Shown here one piece after another: positions 1 through 12,700 of a stretch of 64,000 nt of DNA (the stretch's first letter is position 1; each line of letters starts with the position of its first letter). Under the pieces are notes generated by a model. The model saw only the letters and a list, made by a program, of their open reading frames with translations, did no database searches and had not been told where the DNA came from. The translations under genes were made by a program, and so were the position numbers. This DNA is from Styela clava (lineage: Eukaryota), in NCBI RefSeq assembly GCF_964204865.1, contig NC_135253.1, positions 17,670,001-17,734,000 on the forward strand, written 5' to 3'.

Positions 1-3000
1 TTGGAATTCGGAATTTGTAAATCCATCAAGTTGAGATTTTTATAATTTTCGAATTGTCTATTGTCGTCATGCGTTAAAGGATCACATCCATTACTCCAGA
101 TATAATACAATAAAACGCCTAATGAAAATACGTCAGACTGAAAAGAAATCACGCCATGATCAAACACTTCCCCAGATGAATTATTTATATAAAGTTTTTG
201 TCTACCAAAAGCAAAAGCAGATATTTTTAAAGCTTGCATATCTAAGGAAAGGAGGATATTCCTTGCATACAAGCGTCCGTGAATGATGCCGTGTGTATGT
301 AAATGATATACACCACTGACTAATTGTATCGAATGCTCAAGAGCTAACTTAAAATCGAAGCAAACATTGTTTCGTTTTCTCTCGAGGACATAGTCTTCTA
401 GTGTGCCAGAGTGGCATCGTTCCATCGCAACATACGATGCATTCAACCCGCTCTGGTTGCGTATATCACCCACAGATATGATTGAAACTACATTGGGATG
501 GAAGGGTAAGCTTTGAATAGATTTAGCAGCTTCTACAATAGTTCTTCCCGCTCCGAGCACTAATTTATTAAAGCCACGTAAGACTTTTATAGCTAGTGGT
601 TTTGAACTCGACGATTCTTCGTTGGTTCTGCCTTCGAAGACCTCTATGTCTGTAAATGGATCATGCGACAATTTCTTGTCCCAAAATATGTAGATGTCAT
701 CATGAAGTAGAGTGCGATCTAAAAAATATTTACAGGAAATTCAGGCAATACTGAGTTTATCGTCAATCGTTGTCCACCAACGATCAAGATGGCGCATTTT
801 CAAACTTTCCCATGGGCGCCATTTTACGTATAGATAAGCCATCGTTATCAAATTATACATATATATATATCATGCACAATCCAGGCAAAACCTTAAAACG
901 AACTGAACTGAAATCTTTCGTTCGAAAACATTCGCAGATCATTTGAGCAGTTTATCAGACATTTATTCACTATATACATTACACCAGACGTCAGGACGTC
1001 TATATCAAGGTTCACAGCAAATTACTTTGGTTCGATAGACCTTGCTAAAAATATAATAACATAAGGGCTGCGCGTAGATAGATCATCGTAGTAGGTTGAT
1101 CACCGTGGCAGTTGTAGATGAATATGAAACGTCAGACATATTACTAAAACCGTTTTCAAGATACGAACTGAGTTTAATTAAATACGAGTTCATGGTTAAA
1201 AGTAAAATCTTTTCAAAACAATATGTAATTTTCTCACCCATCGACAGATGTGACGCCATTTTGATTTTCTGGTGTTCTTGTAACATTTTGGCTACTAGGA
1301 TCAGATTGGAAAGTCGTGATGACGAATTTGAACTGACTTGAATATTACTGAAAATTTTAAAGGATATCAGGAAGTTAGGGAATGTGAGTCTGTAGAGCAA
1401 ATTTCAGAAGATTTAAATTATACAACTTCTCAAATACACTTTGTTCATATATAAAAGTTGTTATTCGGTATTTTATATTTCAAGATGGTTATCCTAAATA
1501 CAATATGGACTGACTGAATATTTCTTCCAATGGATATAAGTTATAATCGGTTTCAAATAATTGAACTAGCAGTATTGTATATAATTAGGAGAAGCCTCCT
1601 ACTCCTCCCGTAATTAAAATATAAGAGTCAGAACCAATAGATCTTAGATGTCCTATTAGATAAAAAAAATAAAACGTTTTCTATAAAACTAAATACCCTT
1701 TTTCAGTTGCGTTGATTCCGACGTGAAAGGTTTCGTTCTTAAAATGTGGAAGATTTAATAATGATTGTTCAGTTGACTCTAAACTTTCCGAAGTTTCTTG
1801 AAATTCTCGAAACAATAACCCTGTGATATGTGAAGTAGTAGTAAAGTCTTGTTTGGTATTAACTATGGTTAATGCTTTGCTTCAATCCTATTGATCTCTC
1901 AAGCTAGAGATCTTGGTTTTCAGTTTTGCGTAGTCTATTAACCACTCATATATCTACCACATTTCTTGCTGTTGGATTACAAATAGGTAGTGGTCATGGC
2001 GGACAATAACAGTTGATTAGTTATCGTGTCTGACTACTTTCATAGCCCACTATGATAACCGAGTGGATTACGTTGCCATACCCGGTGGTTTTAGTGTTTG
2101 AGGAAATACACACTGTATATGTACAGACCTTTCAAAGACAGATAATTAATCAATATTTTTTACTTTAGGACTAGGCATGTCCAACCTTTTTAGTGTCGCG
2201 GGCCACTTTCATATGAGAAAATCATTGCGGGCCGCAAACATTTTACCAAACTCAAATATCAGCCCAGTTCCGATTTACGTTAGAACTTGAGCGTCGCTGA
2301 ATCATGCGCCTGGATTCTGGGTTGCACAACACGGCAAACTTCTGAACACAAAAACCATGAACCATGAAATTCAACTCAACTTTCATGCAAAACTTTTAAG
2401 CAATAATATACATTGGCAAACTAAATCCAAAGAAAAAAATAAATTCAGCAACTTTTCCGTTTAACTGGTGCGAAACCTGATTTTGAATGTCATTGCTCAA
2501 CTGTTTAATATCAGCGGGTTTAATATCAACGTAACTGGCTTTTCAAATTGTCGTTCGTCAGCTTATTATGCTTTGGCGCCATCGATAAAAAAAGGTCGGT
2601 CGGTAGGTGACTTTAACTATTGATGACAATGGCTAGAAAACTCATTGTATCGCCAAAGATGTTGCATGCTTTCAACAACTTCTGTAAAATCATATTCTGT
2701 GGCGCTTAACAACGCTATTCCTCCGGCGGAATCGCGTTAAATTGTAGCCTCAAATCTAGTAAGATTTGATATCATACCAGGAAATTCTATGTTAAAAATG
2801 TTTATACATCCGTATTTATATAAAAAAAAAACTTGAAGTGAGCCGCACGAAATTTTACCGTGAGCCGCATGCGGCCCGCGGGTTGGACATGCCTGCTCTA
2901 AACTAGGCTTTTTTAGGTAATGCGCAATGAAAAAAGATCATACCTTTCACGTTGTTTGGAACCATGTATTGATGAGAGAGCACTTGGTCGATAATCGGTC

Positions 3001-4621
3001 GATTTCGTGGCACAAACTGCAGCATCCATATCAATAAATCTTTAGCAATATCAGCATCTGGCAACAAAATTCCGTCCAAATTCATATTCAAATTATTTTT
3101 CATAAAATGATTCCATAAATCCTTCTCGTTTCCAAACGGGTGTCGACCGTTACTCCATAAATAATATATAAGAACAGCTAGTGAATAAATGTCAGTTTTT
3201 TGAGATGTTGGAAATCCACTTTCAAATGATTCAGGAGCTCTGTAGCCGTCAGTGCCAAGACCTTTACTGGAACGAATGGTTCGAGTTCTGGAGTCAACAC
3301 GTTCACTTAATCCAAAATCACCAATTTTCAAAACTTTTTGATCGAGTGACAGAAACACATTATCAGGTTTAAGGTCTTTGTGAATCACGAGTTTGTCATG
3401 TATGTAATGAATCCCGGTAAACAACTGCTTTGTAAAATCGATCATTAGTTCCGCATTAAATGGAATCTCATTTTTCCTTCGGTTTTCCACAAACCGCCTC
3501 AAATTATCGCTGTGACATTTATCCATTGCTATGTACATATATTTGAATTGGCCTTGATAAACATCTGCATCGATGATCGAAACTACATGGGTGTGAGGGT
3601 TAAGCAATAGAAGAATGCTAGCTTCTTCCAAGTTTTGTTTACTGTATTGAACCAATTTTACTGCAATAGTCCGAGTGCCGTATGTTTTGCTATGCATTGT
3701 TCCTTCGTAAACTTCACCATTGTTTGACATTTTCTTACTTCGATAAAAATAGATTGAATCGGACAGTTTTACTTGGTCTGAAAGTGTAATGTACATATAA
3801 AATAATTATGTAATTCAGGAGTCCTGCTTCGCACTAACACAAATGTAAATATATATATATATATATGTAACGTTTCGCCAGACCAAGGACAGACCTCCTT
3901 GGGGCATAGCAAGGACAGGGAGCCAGTTTTGCGTAACCCCCAAATTTAAATATAAACATTGCCTCCAACGTAACGTAAAATAATAAATATGTTCAACACG
4001 GTCAAAACGATTTTTTCCGTAATATAGGTCCATACCAGCTAACTTATATCAAGACGAGATTTTTAAAAGCTATAGTATATATCCAAAGAAGGTGTTCGAG
4101 AGAACCGATATCGAGATTATGACAAATTTCATGTATAGTCAATTTAACGTTTGCGCCAAACGTGTTTCAGCTTATCAGATCACATTTTCAATTATCTTCT
4201 CGTTAGTATTGATATACGACTTTGTGGTCGTATAGGTAAGTATATTTTTATATACGAATAATTTAGTATGCTATAAATCTTTCCTAATATTTTAAAATAT
4301 CTTAAACACGTAGAATTTTAATTTCACTTTGCAACAAAGTGCATCTGGTACAAATTTCCTAAAAACCGATTCGTTGAAATATTTTTTCAATATAAATTAT
4401 TCCAAAATTTGTTATCTTTTCTTTTTTCTGAGGTGGGGAATCTGGTAGATGAGATAAAAAAAATATCGGTCATTGTGATTATTGACACATAAAGTGTTAA
4501 TTCAAAATCTGAATATTGGTGTTGTTTTTGGCTAGATGGTAATGCACTGACCTTCATCTTTGTCGTTCGTGTATTTATCTGTTTTCTTCACAACTTTCTC
4601 GTCTAAGTCAGTAGTCATCAT
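1..4621 (-). CDS. Tandem IRE1-family kinase + pseudokinase protein (3'-truncated by window edge); exons 4621-4552, 3777-2944, 1820-1697, 1347-1238, 718-<1
   Basis: All four introns are GT..AG with compatible phases (1,1,2,1). Domain 1 has AVK, HKDLKPDN, DFG, GTDGYRAPE and DIYSLAVLIYYLWSNGRHPFG, resembling IRE1 [21 protein letters not shown]. Exon 718-1 (absent from the ORF track) reads open: ...PLAIKV...HPNVVSII...YVAMERCHSGTLEDYV...IIHGRLYARNILLS...LKISAFAFG...SDVFSLGVLLYYIWSNGCDP, a second kinase fold lacking HRD, DFG and APE. Confidence 0.85.
2172..2895. mobile_element. Non-autonomous hAT-like element (MITE) in kinase intron
   Basis: Terminal inverted repeats (T/C)AGGCATGTCCAACC ... GGTTGGACATGCCTG with subterminal GCGGGCC/GGCCCGC motifs. 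No clean TSD. Confidence 0.75.
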
Positions 4622-7600
4622 TGCTACATAAGGTACAGGCTCTGCGATGAGATAGATTCTGTGATCAGTCTAATTCTAATTGTCAAGCTAGACTGCAACA
4701 GCCAGCGACTTTGCTGTTGATAATGTGAAAAAAAGTCTTAAAAATCATCAAACTTTTTGACAAATCAACCAGCTGGTGTAAACTCTAAAGGTTTTTCAAC
4801 ATTCGTCGTTTTTCACCACTTTCGAGTTACATAAACTGATACGAACCGACCTTCAGTGGTACTTGCAGTATGAAGACATCTCTGCACATATATGCTTTGA
4901 ACCAAAACTTGCACCCAAGAGCATGGACACCAAATGAGAATTTTTTAACAATATCGTGCATTGCCTTTAGAAAAAGTAGTAATTAACCATTTAAAGGCGT
5001 CGAGAAAACTGGGTCGAAGTATTTATTTACCAATATGAAAAAAGAGTATTAGATGACACCGCAATGCACACAGAAAGCGCCTCTACATCGTAGAAAAAAT
5101 GATTCGCTTCTGCAGTCGTTAGTCAAGTGGTAAAAAAAATAGAACATGCGCACTAAAAATATTTTTTTTAAGAAAGAACTGCTTCTGATTAAACAGGATA
5201 TATATTTTGTTCTGTCTCATCTAGATATATATATCAAGTCATTGATTGAGTGACACACTGATCTAAACTAAGTGTTTTAAAATTTAAACCACTCCAATTG
5301 TTTGAATCATCATCCATTCTGAAGTAAATTTTAACCCGCACAACTATAACTGAAACATCGGGCTTCCAATGGTTAAACGAATAACTTATCACAAGCAAAA
5401 CAAGATGATTTGTGCCAACAAATTGAGTAATCTAAAACATTTCTCGCCGAGGTCTGTGTGGCACAATTATAACAACTCCCACGCTCAGTTTTAATTGCAA
5501 ATGAAGTCATAACACTACCGGCAGTCAATTTTTTCACTCGATGAAGCTCCTTACGTGCTATTTTATTTCCTTATAAACTCATGAAATGAATCATATGACT
5601 GTCGCGTCAATATCTATATTCTGACGCGTAATGCACAACCGTAAATCTGTAGGCTGTTCTGTAGCTATTGGCATTATATTGGTCACTGCATGACTTCGCT
5701 CATTGTCTCTTGAGTGTGCGCCTGTGGCCTTGCTTGCACATGTGACAAATACGACGCGGGCGTTTTGATGAGAATTGGGTGGCGTTCAGTTGTTTGAATT
5801 CACCAATGAGTCAATTTCATAGAATGAAGTTAGGTTGACGACAACCTCATATTAAAACGCCTCTTTCCTGAGCAACATAAAATATGAGAAATGGTGGTAC
5901 ATCTCTTTCAACCGTAAATGTGCTATCCTCTGAAGTCATGTGATTCCGATTAGCCACGAGTCATTATTCTAGCATGGAATGAAAAATATTGGCCTCAACC
6001 GAAAGAGGTAAACAACAAGAGAATGCTGAATATTATCGACTAAAAATCGAATGCAAACATTAGTTACATTGTTGGTATTCTTGATCGACTGATAGGTACT
6101 CAAATACTCAAGAAGATATAGAAGCACGCAAGTCATTGGAATGACGCACAGGATTTAAACAAATAAATTCAGTTTGCTTTATGTGACCTCAGTATCTTTT
6201 GGTTTCACTTCAAAAGTTCAACTTTCGATTGCGAGTATCAAGTCGATTATTGGATTCAGACTTCAAATAATTCTAAGATTCATAACCTCCTTGAATTCAT
6301 TGTGGAGGTTTTACCCTGGTACATAATTGTTCTGCATGAACCTTGCCAACACGACGACCTACTTTGTGCGTTTGTGTAAGTAAATCAGTGATACCGTGTT
6401 TGACCCTAGTCAGTTAACTAAACCCCGGTAATAAATCCTATAAATAAATATATATATAACAATTTATGGGTACTAATAAAACATGAACTCCTTACACATG
6501 CCTCAGTATGCTCCAGAACTATTGGCACACAAGGAATTATCAGTCAGAATGCGAATATATGTATCTTTGGTGAAATTATTCTCAATATGAAAGCGCGAAT
6601 ATAATGCACCTTAATTTGCATATTCTTACCGCGAACATCGATTATATTCCTTTCCGCTTTCTTCATTCGCTATTTATATTTTAAGGGTATCATTGATTCT
6701 AATAATGCTGTTTGTATGTCCTATTTTATCATTCACCCAAAAGATCTTAAATGGGTCATAAAATCCCAGACCCGCCCCCTGATTATTTTATACCCGTCGC
6801 CAAAACAAGACTTAAAAATGATATCCAGAACTGGAGAACTGAGTTGGGCTACACAGACACCATTGGCATTTGAGTCGAAACGGAATCGCAAATCGGAAGC
6901 TCCGAGTCTGAATCGAATTATTCTTTTTCGCGAAGTTGAAATTGTTGTCAAATCAGAACCAGAACTGGTGTCGATTTTCAGAATTGTGAGGATTCGGGTG
7001 ATTCTATCGTCCTGCACTTCTACTTATATATATTTGTTTAGACCAGAGTCGATGTATGGAATCGAAATTATTCTCGAAATTCAAAACGTATATGGGATAT
7101 TCGAATGCCTCGGAATCGGAGAAAAAATGTTTTTTACACAACCTTGCTGATTTTGAAATGAAATCTACAAAAAAAAGAATTCTCAAATATATGGACACGA
7201 AAGTCCATCCAATAACGGACGCAGTATCGGCAGCCCACCCGACTTCACTAAAAATACGGAAAAGCTCCGAGTTCGCAAAACGAAACTGAGCAACCGTGAC
7301 GTGTATGGTCACGCTTGGCAGAATAGAACAAGTGTTTCAATATATTGAAATAAAACGGCGGCATTTTGGGTGAAATATAAAATCTCGTGAAATTGAAAAT
7401 AGCGTTGGGTGAATATTCAAGTATATATTATACTGAAAATTTGAGATCGAGGCGATTTTTGCCTCGCCCTAAAATCGCCCCAATAACAACCCAAAACAAA
7501 AAAAAAACAAGGCCAACAACGATTTAGAAACGATCCATACGGCCACAATAATTTTGTATGACATATATTTTTAGTAAAGCAATAAGAGGGAAATTTCGGT

Positions 7601-9795
7601 TATCACACAAGCCTGCATCATCACTCATCACACCAATAATATTATGTAGTTTTTGAGAAACCTCCCACTGTTTCTTGCAATTGATAGTATTATAGCCAAT
7701 ATATTATAATGTTTTCATGTTGTGTAATATAAAGGCAAGTGGGAGCGGTCCAGTTCTTAACTTGATCTCTATCGCACACTCTTTCCGCGGTTGCCTGATC
7801 CTCACTCCCAACAACGAACAGAGAAAATCAGGCTTCTTCAGCACACAATTGATATATTATTGGTATTGATAAATTATTAAGTTGATGAACTATCCAACGC
7901 GGTAGGAGATCTAATCCTGATTGTCCGATCAAAACAATATATATACATGTTTTTTTCTTCGCTAACAGCTAACAGTTATGAAATGAATTGTTATTACCAA
8001 CTCGTTTTCTCCTAATTTAAAGAAACTGATTTGAACCCTGATTTTAATGTGCCTACAGTATATCATATTGGTAGTGTTTGTGAAGTATGCTGAAAACTAT
8101 CGCGTTCCCAAAGGCCCTGTTTAATGCCGTTCACTGTTTTTAAAATTTGCCGACAGCAAGGCCAAGAAAAATAGCCTAAACGTGAACCGGCGAAAGCGGA
8201 CAAATACCAATCGGCACAAATGGCTTCGGGCCTGAGGCAATAATATTTTTTGGTTTGACGGTTTCGAAGTTATTTTCTCGTTTCTGACAATTTAAATATT
8301 TCCGTACGTTCTAACGCGCTAAGTTTGAATGAATCATTCATGAATGTCTGTTGCGTCATCCCATATTTGTAAAAAATTCCATTCACCTTTGACGCGCGCG
8401 TGTTTTGACATCAGTTCCGAAAATAATTTTCACGAATTCGGAATAAGAACATCATTCCGTAGTTGTTGAGTGTATGCAAGTTCGATCTATTGAAAACTGT
8501 CATATTAGATATGAAAATTTAGGTCAGTAATGCAGTAATATACCCATATGAGATAAGAAATGCGAAGTGTCAGATTGTTCAAAACAGGACTATTATGCTG
8601 GATCTGATATCAATAGTGAAAGTTACCGGGAACTACCTAAAGGCAGTAATCGACATAGAACAACAGATACTTAGGCTAAAGCTAATATTCAAATTCCTCG
8701 ACATAAATTCAGCGTTACTTTTGAAAACACAAAAGAAAAATCTTCTTTCTACATATAGCAATTTGTCTAATGGCTCAAGAAGTCGTTTGTTTGGTGGTTT
8801 GTTGAAATCGGGCCGCATCAAAAGACGTAGTCGATAAGGAGTATTTTGATTGTACTGTTTTTTATTCTTGGTGTATCTATTTTCAATGCTAAACGTCACA
8901 ATTGCAGTGACACTTACGAAACAGTCGTCAGTAAGCGTGTTATCAATAGCCGTCAGCATGGACGACAACTAGCTTAGATTCGTCTATATAGGACAAGGCG
9001 GAAAAATCAATATGAAAAGAAGCTGTGCCTTGGCAGGGTTTAGCCACGACGCTTGTTGTTTTTAGACTTTGGCATGGTAAAATTTTCCTACGTAGAATGT
9101 AAACTGATAGGTCGCATAAAGGCATTAGGATATAGGCTAGTAGGTTAAGTTAACGTTACTAGTACATTCAACATGCTTTAATTGGCATTGAAGTGTAGTT
9201 TCTTGTTTTTACTGTGCATCTAGGACGCTTATGTTGTAAAAACACGTCGAGTTTACCTCGTAATATTTAATTCAACAACCAAGGGATTAACTCACAGTGC
9301 CAGTAACGCGCAGATCCGAACTAATCTTAGGCATGAGTGCCCAAAAATTAAACTGATTAGGTTATGAAGATTCCATCGATTAAAATGAGTTAATATTAAA
9401 AGAACTCTAAGACAGATAACTATGCTCTTCCTGTGTTTTATAAAAGTAGCAGCATCCGAACAGAACCCGCCTATTTTAACTTAAATTGTCGGAGGCATTG
9501 TGTAGTTCCTGTGGACAGAGAAATAGTTTTCTTAGCAAAACATATTTGGTCACATTTGACAAAGAAGAAAAAAGATCGTAAAATTCAGTTTGCGTTTTGT
9601 TTTGCTAGGCGTTATGGCAAGAGACGAAGCAGAGCATCGACTCCGCGGACTAATGTAAACTCAATAATTAATTGTCATCTTTCAAGGCTTTTAAATTGTT
9701 AAATCGTTCGCGATTATTTGGTCTTGAAATGCAGTGGTATAACTCTTTTTTGTTTTGTTTTATAGCAGTAAATACAAAAAAATAAGTAAAACAGC

Positions 9796-12700
9796 ATGGC
9801 AATGGCAAAATTTCTTAACAAACTTATTCGTAAGAAACCTTATAGAGAAGCAGCAGAGTCCGATACCTCTCATGGAACTACGCTAAAGAGATGCCTCACG
9901 ACCATTGACTTAATTGCGCTGGGGGTCGGGAGTACACTAGGTATGTATTTTACTTCGTTGTGATGATCGATCATACCTTAAAATTGTTCACAAATGTAAC
10001 TTTGGAAACTTTCAAATTTCAGGGGCTGGAGTCTACGTTTTAACTGGATCTGTCGCGAGAGATAAAACTGGACCTGCGGTAGTTGTATCATTTTTCGTTG
10101 CAGCTGTAGCAAGTGTTATGGCAGGTAAGCGGGACTATTATAACTAGGACTAATGAACGGAAGAATAAATATATCTCAACAAAAGAAAATTTATCGAAAT
10201 TTTTCGCTTACCCAGTTAGTATCTTGAGTTGTTTATGATTTCGTTGTCATAACATGCCAAGTTCAAAGATCAAAAGTAGTAAAACAACAAAAATTTGCTT
10301 GTTTCGTCAGAGCTAGATTTGCTGCTCGAGAATATTTGACGAATCAATATGCTATTATGTATAATTATCCAGGTTTATGTTACGCTGAATTTGGAGCCCG
10401 CGTACCTAAAGCCGGCTCAGCATACGTGTACAGTTATGTCACAGTTGGAGAGTTCTGGGCATTTATCATCGGTTGGAATCTTATTCTGGAGTATGTAATT
10501 GGTAGGTTTAACACTTTTTGATACCTACATTAAGCCTCGTTTAAAACGATATATTTAATTTAAAACAATAATGTCATTTTGATCATATATTTTATAAATC
10601 ATTAAATCTTTATATCCATAGGGGCATGGTGAAAAGGTTTTGTACAACCGAACACATACGAAGAAGTGTGGCGGTCTATCAAGATATATTCTTGTTTATT
10701 CCTATAGTATATATCTTCGTCCAAGTCCAAATCTGAAATCCTGAATTATTCAATATGCTAGTATTTGTGGTCTATTTTCATTTAAAAATTTAAACGTAAC
10801 TGGTATTTATGCCTATCAGAGGCGGTAATTAAATAAACTTTCGCAGTGTGTGAGGTGTTTTTTTTGGTAATTTTTACATAAGCCAGGTTTTCAAACTAAC
10901 AATAGAGCCTTAAATGTATTTCGGAGCCAATAGTATACTATACTATTGAAACGGGGAAATTTTGGATATAGCTTCGTTGAAGAAATTCATTTAATTATAC
11001 TTATTTAATTTTGTGTAACAGGTACTTCGAGTGTCGCCCGGGCCTGGAGTGAGAATTTTGACGCTTTAATCGGAGGAAGATTTGAGCAGTTCAGTATGAC
11101 TTATCTGAGGATTGATATACCTGGCGTAGCAAAGTATCCAGATTTTTTTGCTTTTGTCGTCATCATAATACTAACTGGTAAGCGTATATGGGTTTTAATT
11201 CAGGACTAATATACCCGCCCATGTTGTATTTTTGCCATGTATATAGGCGACACGGTCGGTTACATTCTTAAATACTTTAATCTCGTTTCAGTGATCCTCT
11301 GTTGTGGAGTAAAAGAATCTGCAACATTCAGTAAAATATTCACCGGTGTCAATATAGTGGTAATTCTGTTTGTTATTGTAGCTGGTGGAATTAAATCTAA
11401 TATCAACTACTGGTATTTGACGGAAGACAATATCACCGACTAGTAAGTTCATTTTTTCTAAGATGAGATTGTTAGATTAAGGTTGTTTCACGACTCGCAC
11501 TCTGAACAAGGCCTAATACAAGTATCCAAATACTTACTATATTTTGAAAAGATCGGAACCTTTTGTTGTTGTTGTTATATGTTTCATGGCGCTTATAACT
11601 TCAGGGGTCTTTTGTGCCATTGATCAATTCAAAAAAAAAAATCCTTTACATATTATACAATATTTACAAATAAATAATTATACAAATAAATCAATTTTAT
11701 TGGGTAATTGTTCCTAACTATTTCTGCCCGTAGACAAATCAAATTTAATAACAATTTCAATAATGTTCATGTTACTAAGCACTTCTTCCAAAGTCATTTC
11801 CAATTTAAGTTTTCTGGCTGTGCGAATGACTGGATCGAAACCTTTTCAGTTTGACATAACTTACCCAATTTATTACACTATTGTTGAGATGGTGGATGGT
11901 AAAACGAGATTTTTAAACTGCGATAACAACTTGGTTAAGTACAACGCTTTAACAACTGGGCCATTGCACCCATTAATTTTTAAAACTGATTAGTGGTATA
12001 TAATATTGCTTATATTACATACTACTTTTATAAAATGAATAAGCGGAATCCATCTCATGTTTATAGTAAACTCTTCGGAAATTCATTTAAAAGCCTTTCG
12101 AAATTCACAAACACCACATGTTTTGCTGTTTATCTGTATTTGTTTTGCTTATTTAAACTCATTACATATTTAAAAACGATTGCACGAAATTGATTTGTTT
12201 AATATATACATTCAGCAATTCAAAATTGCATTTATATTTCTTTGTCTCCATATTTCGCAATTATCGCTATTTAAAATTGATTTTCGTGGCGATAGTATTC
12301 CAATTATTTTAGGAGTGCGCTTATTTATTCTTGTTTATTTATCATTATTAACATTGGTATTTCGAATAAATGTTTATGTATCGTACTATAGTAAATGAAT
12401 CTTTTACTAATTTGTTTTCAGTTTTGTGCAAGAATGTGGAACTGCGAACAATACTTCAAATAATATAAGTGTATTGCTAAACAACTCACTTGCAATCGAA
12501 CCAGGCACCAATTTTGCTGTTAAAATTGAAAAGGTGGATGAAACAATAGGATCCAAGAATGGTACGATAATTCACATAGATTATATATATAGTCGACATA
12601 TTTATTCAGCAGGTTATGAATAAGCTTTACAGTATTGAATTAAAAGTATGTCTGTCCAACGCTATCGGCGAAAATAATATGACATATTATAATGACATGA

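Noticed and set aside
2903-3796. 297-aa ORF as a complete stand-alone kinase gene
   Set aside because: Its ends (MYITLS, GMIFFHCALPKKA) are intronic read-through. Splice sites at 3777 and 2944 link it in phase to other exons.
5700-6260. AP-1/IRF-like sites upstream of the kinase gene
   Set aside because: Short motifs (TGAGTCA at ~5807, AATCGAAAGT-like at ~6221) expected by chance in AT-rich DNA, and the TSS is unknown.
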